From contig OZ287698.1 in the NCBI GenBank assembly GCA_965649825.1, forward strand, positions 697,949 to 761,948: DNA of 64,000 nt, read 5' to 3'. Of this stretch, positions 34,961 through 50,693 are shown one piece after another. The notes below the pieces were generated by a model. That model saw only the letters and a program-made list of their open reading frames with translations. It was not told where the DNA came from and did not search any database. The position numbers and the translations under genes are program-made. This DNA is from Penicillus capitatus. Lineage: Eukaryota > Plantae > Chlorophyta. The stretch's first letter is position 1, and each line of letters opens with the position of its first letter.

Positions 34961-37900
34961 GACAAATAATCAAAGAGAAAAGGGGGATGAAATCAAAAAG
35001 CTAATTCTCATAAGTCGCAATTGGACAAAAAAGGGGAAAAGGAAACAAAAAGAAGTCTCAAGTGCTGGTTGCCTCCATGTAACAGAGGAGATCAAACCGG
35101 AATTTTTTCCTTTTAAAAGAAATGGGTGGCTCATCTTTGTGGCAGGAAGGAGTATAGTTTTAGGGCCTTTTAAGAGTAGAAGAATTATCTTACCTTTTAG
35201 ATTTTCCGAAGACATAGAATGGAAAGCAATTTTTGACTGCACACAAAATAAAGGAATATTCTGTCGTTGCAAGATTTACACAAATGGGCAAATAAGCATA
35301 GTAATCTTCAACCAAACTGATGTTCCACAGCATATCACAAGCAAAATGAAGTTGGTCTGTGGAAAGGTGAACATAGATTGGATTATCGATGTTAACGGGG
35401 TGAAGCATGCATTAAAGAACGATACGAAGAAAATACAAATGGTGACGAGTTCAGTAGATAAGCACGACACGATGAGTTTAGTACAGAGGTTAAAAGGCAT
35501 GTTCCCGAATGTTTTTTGTGACAAGGTTAGATCAGCTAATGAGAGTTTACTACGTATTAGAGTTAGCGAAAGGGATCTATTATGGAATTTTGAGCCTAAA
35601 CCTTGCTGGCGAGAAAACTATTTTTCCGATTTGACCGAAAAAGAGATTACCGAAGAGATAGAGTCGTTACTTGAAGAAGAAATCATTCGAGTGTTATCCA
35701 CGGAGGAAGCCATTCATGCAGTCGTGGCACCTTTGAACTTTTTGAGAAAACCAAATGGGAAAATAAGACCAACTATTGACTTCAGAGATATCAACACATA
35801 TCTAAAAGGGAGTCAGGGTGGCACAATAACCCCGGTAGCTGACGCAATTAGTAAAATCGATCCTAGTTGGACTGTTTTTAATATTGTTGACGTGGTTCAT
35901 GGGTACGGTTCAATACCAATAGACGATAGTCTGTCTAAGTTTTTTGCAGTGCATTGGAAGGGGGTAACATATGGTTTCCGCAGACTTCCGCAGGGTGTTA
36001 ACATAAGTCCGGAGCTCTTTAATAATAGAATGACTCACATTCTGCAAGGACTAGACGTGATAAGATATTTTGACGATATATTAGTGGGTGGAGAAACAGT
36101 GAATGATCTCTTTGAAAAGACTAGGCTGCTATTACAGCGTTTTGATGAATATGGTCTGACGATCAACATACAAAAATGTGATTGGTTCAAGAGCTCCGTG
36201 AGTTTTTTGGGTACAGAACTGAATAATGGCACCATCAACCCATACCACAAGCTGCAAGCCATTTTACAGAAGTTGCCAAGTATAGAATCACGCCATGACG
36301 TTCAAAGAGCAGTGGGGCTGTGTCAACAAGTCGCACCATATTGCTACAAATACACATATGTCATGAATGAGCTGAAGCCGTTTCTTAAAAGAGAAAATAA
36401 TGATTACAAACAAGCGAATAAGATTTTTCAAGAGACAGTAACCGATTTGTGTATCAATGCATACAGATTGACACTACAGAGGGTGGGTCCGTTTCATTTG
36501 TACACCGATTGGTTTGGAAACCCTTTGAATCAGTTTGGCTTTGTCCTGTTTAATTCAGCTTTGCAGCCATGTGTTTTTGGTTCGTTTGCTACAAGCGAGA
36601 AGGTAGGAAGTTTTTTGGGGGAATTGATGGGGATCGTGGAAGCTTTAAAGCAATGTTTTTACATGACAAAGGGATTTGCTGTTACCGTATATTCGGATAA
36701 CCAGGCCACAGTAGAGTGGCTGAAGGAGCCGACATTTTTGCACAAGTTCAAGGATTTAAGGATACAACGACAATACAGTTGGCTGAGGCATCATTTTTCA
36801 CTAGACAGACTGAATTTCCGTTTCGTAGAAGGGAAGGACAATGCGATCGCAGATGTACTCAGTCGATGGAAGGTGGCTAATCCAGTGGCCTCGGAAATCA
36901 ACCAAAAACACCAGGGCTACCAAGTTTGTACCCTCGGGGTACAACAAGAAACACAAAGTTGGCGCAGGGAAGCGATTGCTCGAGCACACAAGGGCCACTT
37001 TGGAATTAGAAAGACGTGGTTGAATTTGAGATCGGATGGGTTCAGGTGGGAAAATGATTACGAAGACGTCAAAAGTTTTGTTCGGACTTGTGATGTTTGC
37101 CAGCAATTTAGACAATTGCAACACAACGTAGATTTAGGGATGATAGATAGTCCAACACCGAACCATACCTTGTGTTTAGATTTCATCGGTCCGTTACCTA
37201 GAGGACGGCATGGTTATCGTTTTATTGCAACCGGTATAGATGCATTTACCAAGTTTGGCACGGCGCAAGCATCTAAAACGTGTTCTACTACTCAGATTAT
37301 AAAGCTGCTGAAGAACTGGATTGCATTGAATGGCCCACCGGAACGTATTCTGTGTGACAATGGAGCAGCATTCATCTCAAAAGAGTTTGAGAGTTTCTGT
37401 GAGCGATACGGCGTTGACATCATTCACACACCGGCGTATGCACATAAAAGCGCCGGCACAATTGAAGCGTACAACAAGAACTTCGTCAATCGTCTAAAGA
37501 GAATTTGGAAAGAGAAAAGAGGAGACTGGACCGAACACATCAACGAATGTGTGCAAGAAATAAATCGAACAGTGCATTGCACTACTCTTTTCTGTCCAAG
37601 ATATCTCCTTAAAGGAATTCACAGAAGTGGCAGACTGGCAAATGATGGGCAATTAGCAAAAGATCGGAAACTGGCTTACGAGAGAATCAAAAAAGCACAC
37701 GAGCAGTCTGCGAAGAGATATGCAAAGAACGTCAAAGATGTTCCTATTCACGAGGGCATGGAAGTATGTTGGTACAACTCCAAATTAGCCGATCGCTTAG
37801 ACTCTAAGCTCTATTCGAAGTGGGTTTCTCCCTGTGTTTTGACAAAGAAACGTAGTGAACATCGTTGGGATATCAAACTGCCTGACGGGTCTTACCTCTA

Positions 37901-37961
37901 TAACGTACATCGAGATTTTCTTCAACCATTTCGGCGAAAGATAGGTGGGCCCATGTTCTGA
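34932..37961 (+). CDS. pol: ORF2 pol: dUTPase-like remnant, RT, RNase H, integrase
   Basis: RT KPNGKIRPTIDFRDIN, LPQGVNISP, YFDD; RH LYTD...ELMGIVEAL...YSDNQA...GKDNAIADVLSR; INT AHKGH...CDVC, DFIGP, CDNGAAF, IEAYNK. Stop TGA lies inside the 3' LTR. Confidence 0.96.
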   Translation: MTEEPVFQQATNNQREKGDEIKKLILISRNWTKKGKRKQKEVSSAGCLHVTEEIKPEFFPFKRNGWLIFVAGRSIVLGPFKSRRIILPFRFSEDIEWKAIFDCTQNKGIFCRCKIYTNGQISIVIFNQTDVPQHITSKMKLVCGKVNIDWIIDVNGVKHALKNDTKKIQMVTSSVDKHDTMSLVQRLKGMFPNVFCDKVRSANESLLRIRVSERDLLWNFEPKPCWRENYFSDLTEKEITEEIESLLEEEIIRVLSTEEAIHAVVAPLNFLRKPNGKIRPTIDFRDINTYLKGSQGGTITPVADAISKIDPSWTVFNIVDVVHGYGSIPIDDSLSKFFAVHWKGVTYGFRRLPQGVNISPELFNNRMTHILQGLDVIRYFDDILVGGETVNDLFEKTRLLLQRFDEYGLTINIQKCDWFKSSVSFLGTELNNGTINPYHKLQAILQKLPSIESRHDVQRAVGLCQQVAPYCYKYTYVMNELKPFLKRENNDYKQANKIFQETVTDLCINAYRLTLQRVGPFHLYTDWFGNPLNQFGFVLFNSALQPCVFGSFATSEKVGSFLGELMGIVEALKQCFYMTKGFAVTVYSDNQATVEWLKEPTFLHKFKDLRIQRQYSWLRHHFSLDRLNFRFVEGKDNAIADVLSRWKVANPVASEINQKHQGYQVCTLGVQQETQSWRREAIARAHKGHFGIRKTWLNLRSDGFRWENDYEDVKSFVRTCDVCQQFRQLQHNVDLGMIDSPTPNHTLCLDFIGPLPRGRHGYRFIATGIDAFTKFGTAQASKTCSTTQIIKLLKNWIALNGPPERILCDNGAAFISKEFESFCERYGVDIIHTPAYAHKSAGTIEAYNKNFVNRLKRIWKEKRGDWTEHINECVQEINRTVHCTTLFCPRYLLKGIHRSGRLANDGQLAKDRKLAYERIKKAHEQSAKRYAKNVKDVPIHEGMEVCWYNSKLADRLDSKLYSKWVSPCVLTKKRSEHRWDIKLPDGSYLYNVHRDFLQPFRRKIGGPMF
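37933..37949 (+). promoter_or_regulatory. Polypurine tract (imperfect)
   Basis: ggcgaaagataggtggg, 4 nt before the 3' LTR. Confidence 0.6.
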
Positions 37962-38109
37962 TGGAATACGATGAGAATAATCTAGAAAAATGAACATTAA
38001 AACGGACGCGCTGGATCACAGGATTGTAACTGCGATCTGTACGTTTCACAAACAAACAGCCTACCGCGAACGCGCATTCCTTTACCCTTTCGAGCGAATT
38101 CTCACAGCA
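37954..38109 (+). repeat. 3' LTR (156 bp)
   Basis: Identical to 31688-31843; followed by TSD ccag. Confidence 0.97.
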
Positions 38110-38330
38110 CCAGTTATCAAGAATCGTGTAAACACTCAACGAAAACAAGGAGTCCAGTTATCAAGAATCGTGTAAACACTCAACGAAAACAAGGAGTCCA
38201 GTTATCAAGAATCGTGTAAACACTCAACGAAAACAAGGAGTCCAGTTATCAAGAATCGTGTAAACACTCAACGAAAACAAGGAGTCCAGTTATCAAGAAT
38301 CGTGTAAACACTCAACGAAAACAAGGAGTC
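38110..38330 (+). repeat. Perfect 44-bp tandem array, 5 units
   Basis: ccagttatcaagaatcgtgtaaacactcaacgaaaacaaggagt starting at 38110, 38154, 38198, 38242 and 38286. Confidence 0.97.
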
Positions 38331-38450
38331 AATATGATCGCGACGACGACGATAACAACGCACTCAGAAGATAACACAGGAACTCGAGATTAGTTACATG
38401 ACGCTGTTGCCTATTCGGGATAGTTGGAGATGGTTTAACCTTAAGTATCA
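38331..38450. repeat. Relic of an older dispersed repeat (possible LTR fragment), related to 48775-48890
   Basis: Shares cacaggaactcgagatta(g/a)ttaca (38375-38398 vs 48840-48863) and aaccttaagta (38437-38447 vs 48875-48885) in the same order. Confidence 0.6.
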
Positions 38451-39248
38451 CGGCTCCAAATCGTCGATGATAGATTACGGAACATATGGTGGTAATCCAT
38501 ACGATTGCTTGTGCATGGTCGATTGTGCAAAGAAGGGCGTTTCCCCAGAGTCCCATGAGATGAAGGTGATGTTACAAAACTCAAGTGTTCGATTGCCGAA
38601 TCACATCACGTCGAGTGGTTGAACGAACAGGCGTCACTAGAGTAAAAGATGCCTTGCTTCAAGTAATGATTTTAAAGCCCACTGTGCCGATTTCGGCTTA
38701 AGCATAATGTTTCATGGAGGAATGATGCATTTGTGAGATTAATAGGACGGAGTCGTGCAGAAACAGCTAGTTAGCTAGTTATCTATGTTTACTGCTTAGG
38801 AGCGATGCGTTGGCGGAGATCATTCACATGTTCTGCGTTCCTCAGAAGTGGAGGAAGTGATGAAATACTACTCTGTCACGCAGGTATCCCTAGTCAGAAA
38901 GCATTCAGATTCCCTGTGATGACACGGCGACAACCATTGCACGAGTTCTGCTCTTTGGAACCGATTCGTCTCTTCTGATCCGCCGGAGATTCGCCAAAAA
39001 ATCAGAGAGAAAGTGTGAGAGAAGACCGCGGCAACCTACCTCTCTGGAAACGCTGCACGATCGTTTTCACTGTCGGCGAACAGTCTGTAAATCGCACCAA
39101 TGCTCTCACTATGCGTGCAGATTGCTGCTCCGCAGGGTTGTTGTTACTTAAAGCTACTCGTTGTCTGCGTAGTAATGCTCTTTCTTTTCTCTGGAGACAG
39201 TGTTCGTACAAATTATTGATTTCAGATCATCGTCATTTTCCTCTGCAT

Positions 39249-43785
<4,537 letters not shown>

Positions 43786-43862
43786 TGTGCGTCGACGAGG
43801 TAGGCGCGAAGATACAGAAATCCAAATGTCACTTCAAATAAGGACGCATTTGCACCAGCGGC

Positions 43863-45257
43863 ATGCGGGTACAAATGAAGGCGACCTGCGCGACATCTTG
43901 GCGCAGAACGTGGACGACTGGGAAGGTGACGACCAGTCGAACCACGCAACAGTCGCAGTCGCTGCCCCAGCTTGGCCACGCGCGTCTATATCGCCACGGC
44001 AAGAAACGATCTCTCTTGTGCGTCTCTGCGAAAAAAGGTGCACTCCTTCCGGGAAACACAACCCCAATCATGATTCGAGTAAAGAGAAAGGAAAAGAGAT
44101 AGGAAGAGTTCAAAAAGCGGATCTGACAGAACCATTCGTCAGCCAAGTTTTCTATTCATCTGCGAAATCTCACTGCCCAATGCTAGGATTCGGCAGTGGA
44201 ATCGTCGTGGGATTTTTGGAGTTGGGACGCATATAATGAAAAATTCGAGGTTCCCTGTCAGAGAAAGGGTAATCCTCTGACGTTGATGGATTCAGGTTCC
44301 GTGGGATGGCATGATCGTTGTCTTGGGCATGACGGGATGGTTATTGAGCTATGTAACAGTCGGGCTCGCTTTCGTTCCGGTTTTCATCAAGCTTATTGGT
44401 GTGACCTCGCTTACTGAGATGACGGCGTCTCAGCGCGCCACACTTCTATTTTGCGTCCAGGTCTGAGAAGTATCATATTCTTCAAGTGTGACGTGTGTGA
44501 GATGGACATCTGTTGCAGGCAGCACAGACATTGACTGGGGTGGGAATTATTTACGTTGTGACGCAGAAGTGGACGATTGATGCAGAATCCGACCTGTTTC
44601 GTTTTTCTTTGCGTAAGCCATTCGAGAAACGGTATGGGTGGCTTATCTGGGCGCTGATTGGCATCGTACTCTCCATTACTGTCAATATACTGCTCTCTAC
44701 CCTTCTCTACCGTTTCGGCATCGAGGCACGGCATAGTGATCATCTTATTCGACGAGAATGTCGTGCGAAGATCTTAGGGATCGGGCACAGGGACGGCAGA
44801 TTCAGTCGCTGAGATGATTTCTTTAGATCCAGTCACTTTCCTATCACTGATGTCCGTCGTCGGCGTCTTTGCCCCTTTGCTCGAAGAGGTAATGCAAATG
44901 GATCGTCCAGGTGTGATCCTTACATTCTAGACGGTCTTTCGTGGATTTCTACTGACAAGTCTGATGAAATGGATGCCAGCATACCAGGCCACTATCATCA
45001 GCGGCATGGCTTTCGGTTGTGCCCATCTCACTGCGAAAGACCTTCCTTATCTGACTGTCATCGGGTACGACAGGCAATCCAGCCTTCTGTGTCATCGCAC
45101 ATGCCAATGATGTTGTAGTTGCGTTTGGGGCTTCATGTACATTCGATCCCGAAATCTCGCCACACCGATGCTGATGCACAGTATGTGGAATTCGACAGTT
45201 TTGGCGATACTCTTTCTCCTAGCGGCCATGGGCATCGATGTAAAACAGATCTTGTGA
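43863..45257 (+). CDS. CPBP/Abi (CAAX protease type II-like) intramembrane metalloprotease with transit peptide
   Basis: Thr/Ser/Arg-rich N-terminus; motifs APLLEE|TVFRG, FGCAH, HSMWN; multiple TM segments; stop TGA at 45255-45257. Confidence 0.88.
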
Positions 45258-45405
45258 AACAATACTGCATTTCTGATGTCATGTTGCTTTCTCTCCACAG
45301 CACGACACGACCCACCGTTGTGGGATCTTCAATCGCTGATACGAAAACGGTTGAGTTGGCATTTGAGGCTAAACGCCGAAGGAATGCCAATATCGCGTAT
45401 CGCAG

Positions 45406-47718
45406 ATGCAGCTACCTGAGGTAGCAGCGTTATTGTCCTTCGCTGCGTTAGACGATGCGTACAAAGTGGCCTCCTGCGACGAGGTCTTACAAAAAACGGG
45501 TGCAGTAATTCGGACGTTTCATCACAGAGTGTCACACTATGACGCAGGATTCGTGGAAACGACCCAACTTACGGGACTCTCTATCTTCGGGTTCCTCAAA
45601 AACAAAGAGTACATCTGCGTTCAGGAATTTCAGCTTCTTCTGCAGTCTCTTGACCTGAAGACCGATGATAGGTCACTCTTGCCCGGAAAGATACTCTATT
45701 GGAAAATACGGTTTTAGAGGCCGACCTTATGACATCGCTGTGCTCGGCAAAGTGGCCAGTGCTTTAGCTCACGGAGGACACTGTATTCCGTGCAGCACCG
45801 TCGCTCTTTTTCTGTGCTTTATCATCATTCTTCCCCCTCTAGAACACTGTACATCTATGGTTGAGACTATCACCAGGTACCCTGTGTGCCATTGCGATTT
45901 CAAAGGATGCGTGTAACAGGAGAGAGATGCACAATCGCTCAGGACTAACAAAGGAAGAAATCTTGAGTCTCGTTCCACATCTCATCGTCGTATCTTACGC
46001 CGCATCAATTCTGGTGAATCCGATACGGGATCCAATGTCTGCCGATCGGGTCCGCGGCTTTTTTTGTGCGAAGCGCAGTTTGAAAGAGTGATGTGTAGAG
46101 ATCAGGAAGTCTGAGCTTCATAACGACGCAGCATGTACTGTCAGGCGTGGCAGAAACAACATTCAACAGCTTTCTGGCGCCCAATGATATGGAATTATTG
46201 CCCCTGACGAAACTGTTTGACTATCTCGAAGCATGTGCTAGGAATCTCTCAAATCTGATGCTGCGACAGACGCTTCTGGAACAAGAAGTCTTCCGACAGA
46301 CGTCCTGTTCTGACGATGATGCATCGATGTATCTAATGATTTCGCAGTCCAAAGGACTCATGCAGAAGTACTCTTTCCCTCTGGCCGTTGTTCGATGCTG
46401 GGATGCAACTGTGACAGATACGTCAAGGATCCGGATGCGCTTGATAGCGTCATGGACGAAGTCTGGAGAAGCTCCGTGGCAGACTATGCCAAAACCCAGA
46501 CCAGCGAGGCAACCAGGCTTCCGTCTGAGAGATTAGGACAGATAACGATATTACCTGAAGCATCTAATACTACGATAGACAGTGAAATACCGTGTCCAGA
46601 AGAGGCAGATGTGCCAGACACACACCAGGTGGAAAATCAGGCGTCGCCACGAGGAGTACACCGGATTAGCATCCCTCAGAACACGGCAAGGGCTCATGGC
46701 TCCAGAGCAGAACCGCAGCTCAATGCTCAGAACCAGGTAAGAAATCTAGATCTTTTTGAGAGGCCATGCATTGGTGTTTGCGATGGTTTCCAGAACGATA
46801 TGCTCCAAGGGATTCTTCAGACGGCTGGAGACTTAGGACAGAGACTCTTTCTCTTGACCTTGGGCCGTTTTCTTCTTTTCTTGGCCTTTCTGTACGGAAC
46901 GGCCGCAATTGGTGTTGCCTTAGTAATACATGCCGGATTCAGCATCGCCCTCAGTCTTCTTTGCACCGGAGGCGTTGTCGTCTTGGCGGCGGCGGCTGCT
47001 TTCTACATCTCAATAAGAAAGTGGAACTCAGGAGGCGATGAAACAACCAGACGAACTTATGGCGCCATACAAACAAATCTTGTGCGTGCAGCCGTTGAAG
47101 AAATTGCACGAGAAGACGGGAGAGGCGGAATTCCGCCTGCTGTTAAGACCATTATCGAATCCCTTGTTGCCCAAGGGTCCCATCCTAGCATGATGCCTGT
47201 CCAGTAGGACTATGCGCTTCTCGCATTTTCGCGTATCGTATGTATCTCATGCAGGAGACGAGTAACGCAGACGATGGAATCGGAAGATGATGTGCCGCCG
47301 AGGAATGCTCGAGTACCCTGTTCCGAAATAGAGCCCTCTCAACTACCAAGTACGTCGATTCTCGAGTGTGATCATTGCCTACAGTGTGATGTTAGATGGG
47401 GGTTGTCAGAGGCAAACGGTTGGAACGGGCCCCAGTGACGACTCGGTCTCATCAAGGCTCCGAGGAATCGTCTCCACCGTCGGAAAGGAGGTGATCACAA
47501 TTATTTCACTTTTTCTTGAGTCGCGGCTGGATTCCCTGCAGATTGCTGCGCACTTTAACAACGATTCAACTCGGGGCGGTCAAAGCAGTGTGCAGAGTGG
47601 AGTGCGGCCAACAAACTCCCAAGCCTCCGCAATGACCTCGTGTAGGCTCGAAATTCAGGAACAGACCTCTCGGGAAAGATTGTTGAACGCCTACCCTCAC
47701 ATGAGAAATAACCAGTGA
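45406..47718 (+). CDS. Hypothetical multi-exon membrane protein (boundaries uncertain)
   Basis: ORFs 45406..45717, 46147..46536, 46395..47207 and 47368..47718 are linked by GT-AG pairs; hydrophobic stretch FLLFLAFLYGTAAIGVALVIHAGFSIALSLLCTGGVVVLAAAAAFYI. Confidence 0.5.
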
Positions 47719-48774
47719 ATTGACTTATTCTTTCTGTTTATGATGTGTCCGTTCTGTGAATTTTTCCACTTTGTCTCCGAAAGCGACTTTGCACATGTGT
47801 TGCGCTCTATGACTTTTTGGAAGATTTTCCGCAGTAAGTTCTGTTGATGTAATGGGTCATGTGTTTCTTCCGCTACAGGTGTTTTTCGATGGTGTTAGCG
47901 CGTCAGTGAGATGCTTCTTCCCGATCTATAGATCGTCGCCGACCTGGGCATCGCCCAATAGATCTAAAATAGCATGCACGAGGTTTCGGAGAACGTTATC
48001 TTGTACGTCTTCCGCCTTCCAATATTAAGAATGACTATGTCTTCGTCTTTGCTTCTCAACACCTTCTGCTGATCACCATTGAAGAATTTCAGTCGATGAA
48101 TGCCGGTAAACTGGACGTCTAAGCGGTGTAATGGAAGAAGAGGAGAAGCAATGGGAAGTGAAGTCACATCAAGCTGCCATCAGGGCGTCGCATGACGTCA
48201 GCATGACGCGAGACTCGCGTCATGCAAATTGGCATATAAATTGGGGCTTTTTGTATCAGACCTCAATCTTTAAACACACGTTTATGTTCTCTTTCTCTCT
48301 CACCAAAATCCGCCGTATCAGCGGCTTGACAGTGTCTCATGACTTGAGACCGTGAGTAACGCAGACGATCTGATGACAGGAAGACGCGTATGTCACGCAC
48401 GTCATTGTTGTGTACGATAAAACGAACTTCCGATACCTGCCTGTTCGTGATCATTATAGAAATGACACGTGCATTCGAAGAGCTGTTCGCATTGTACGGC
48501 GCCACATGTGGCGATTGTGTGCTCTTTGGATTCTTTACACCACTCTTCGCCAGGAACTTCGATTTGTATTCCTTACTTCTTCGAAATCAGGTTGAAAGAA
48601 CGTGAAGAAAACCTAAATGCAGAAAGTGTGGTGTGCACGAAAACGGTAGTTACGTAACGTGTAAATTGCTCCCATTCGTAACGATATCCAGTCACCCAAC
48701 AAAACTAAATTTACCAACTCGCTGTTAAGTTATCATACGGGTGTATGAATATGTATTTGTCGGGATCGATGTAA

Positions 48775-48890
48775 CGAATCACAGAAGTGCCGAGTCGAAA
48801 ACGCACGAACGACGACGCGAATGAACACTCAAACGATAGCACAGGAACTCGAGATTAATTACAACAGGAATGTCAACCTTAAGTACCCAC
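48775..48890. repeat. Second relic of the older dispersed repeat
   Basis: Same two sequence blocks as 38331-38450. Confidence 0.55.
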
Positions 48891-49475
48891 GGTGGTTACA
48901 GTTTTCCTAACCTTAGTACCTAACAGTCGTGAACTTCTAGCGCAAGTTGATAACCACATGCCTATCGTTATGGGGAAGTTAGCTCGGGAGCCGACATCCG
49001 TCGCGACCGATGGTCAGCGCGCCTGGATGGTTAGACTACGGCTCTCCTACTTCCGGTGGTTTACAGACGGCAGTTAAATGCTACATCTCCTACAGTATTT
49101 TCTCTATTCTTTGCTCTTATAGCCTCTAGCTCTATCGTTTCCTGAGCCTTTGGGATCTGCATTACTCTACATCTGCTTCTTACGCTCGAGAACTCAATTG
49201 CCAACAATGACAACCCTACAATCTAGTGCATCAATATAAAGTCGATCGCCAGAGAAACAATCCAACTCGCAATCGGCTTTCTTAATTGTTTACCGCGATC
49301 GTAAGAACTCTCAGCATTTGCTTTATGAAGGCTCATTGTTGGAAATGGAGCAGCCAAACCGTTGTGATCCCATCACGATGAATTAAAACCGAGGTTGCAG
49401 TGCTTGTTAAAAAGGGGCGTTATCGACAAGATCTAGCGTCTTTTATCAACAGGTATCCATCAGTGTGTCCATCAG

Positions 49476-50693
49476 TCAAATCATTCGCTCCTCGGCTTGA
49501 CACCGTTGTTGGTAGCTGTGGAAAGCGGTTCGGTGCATAAACACCAACACAACACGCTGAGCATCAGTTGAGATCGGTGCTAGCCTCAAAATCAACTTCC
49601 TAATAGCCAAGGGCGATCGTTCTTGAAAACCCATCTCTGGCGTAACGTTCGCCGGTTCCAGTATGAGAGTCCACTCAGCTTGAGGCAGAGCGTCTTCGAC
49701 TTCTTGCATATTGAAGACATCCTCCGGAGGTGTCTCTGTCGCTGCTTCTTCTTGTTCCATTATTTCCATCGATGCTTGACTTTCTTCAGGGGCGGTGCTA
49801 TCTGGACTGCTCATTGACTCTTCAACTGTCCATTCTGTCTCTTTGATCCATGTGTCTTTCTTTTCTGCCTCGGAGATCGGTACCGCATGATCGATCCTTC
49901 TTCGCAAGGCTCTTGCGATGGTCACCCGTCCTTCATCGGTGTATTCATTGTTCACCAACATTTCGTAGACCCGACTTCGTGCTGTATCCAGCAACTCTTT
50001 CGGTTGCCATTCCATTTCCGTTGGCCTTCCACTCACAGCCAACAAGAATAGACTCTCTGCAGGATTCACCGTTTCTCCGTCACACATCAGTGTCCCTCCT
50101 TAGGACAGCGTTGATATAAGCACTTTTGCTTCGCTCAGAGTCATATCATCCCTTGCAGACCGTCGTACAAAATAACACCTTTCGGGCATTCCATCAGTGC
50201 CCCGATGATAGCCTTTTGTGTTTGCCCTGCGAGGTCCTCGTGTTCTTCGTTCTTCCATCTGATGTACGTTATGCAGTCTCCTTCATCCATGTCGCCAGTT
50301 TCGATGTCCCCTATCTTCTTCATGATGTCATCGCAGCTGTCTGACGTGCAATGTAGCGCTACTGCTACTGCCTTTCGCTTCCCGGATCCAAGGAGCATTT
50401 GGAGTGCTAAGGTGCTTTCGATTTCTGATGTGTAAACACTTGTCCATTTATTTGCCTTGTCCATGTATATGGCTTAGTATAAGACTAAGCGTTGCTCCTT
50501 TCCCGTCCGTGTGTTCGTGCGTGTTTTGTTGCCAGAATGCTGTTGTGGAGAGTAGGTTCAGACCTACAAGGAGCAGGGTGTACAAGACTCGCTCCGAAAC
50601 CATGCTGAGATTTGCTCGGAAAGTTAAGCAGTGCGCGTCCGTTTTTAATGTTCATTTTTTTCTAGATTAGTCTCATCGTATTCCATCAGAACA
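49476..50693 (-). pseudogene. Truncated, decayed relative of the 31.7-38.1 kb element: 91-bp LTR (50603-50693), PBS (50588-50602), signal peptide + Torsin-like domain
   Basis: LTR start tgttctgatggaatacgatgag and PBS tggtttcggagcgag match the intact element. Reads MVSERVLYTLLLVGLNLL..., RKAVAVALHC, EEHEDLAGQTQK, RRRIDHAVPI, with two frameshifts and an in-frame TAA near 50100. No gag or pol remains. Confidence 0.93.

Larger units (their letters stand above)
31688..38109 (+). mobile_element. Intact Ty3/gypsy (Metaviridae-like) LTR retrotransposon, 6422 bp
   Basis: Identical TG...CA 156-bp LTRs, 4-bp TSD CCAG on both sides, PBS, PPT, and uninterrupted ORF1 (Gag-ZnK-PR) and ORF2 (RT-RH-INT order). 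Confidence 0.97.

Noticed and set aside
37961-38109. Conventional env ORF3 after pol
   Set aside because: pol runs into the 3' LTR, leaving no room; the membrane module is N-terminal to Gag instead.
38110-38330. 44-bp direct repeats as a CRISPR array
   Set aside because: Units are head-to-tail with no spacers, there are no cas genes, and the context is eukaryotic.
47260-48369. 16-bp exact repeat gagtaacgcagacgat (47260-47275 and 48354-48369)
   Set aside because: Flanks do not align, and about 0.5 such matches are expected by chance in 64 kb.
47964-48505. Small minus-strand ORFs as a ubiquitin-like gene
   Set aside because: Only a vague beta-strand pattern; no consistent spliced model or signature residues.
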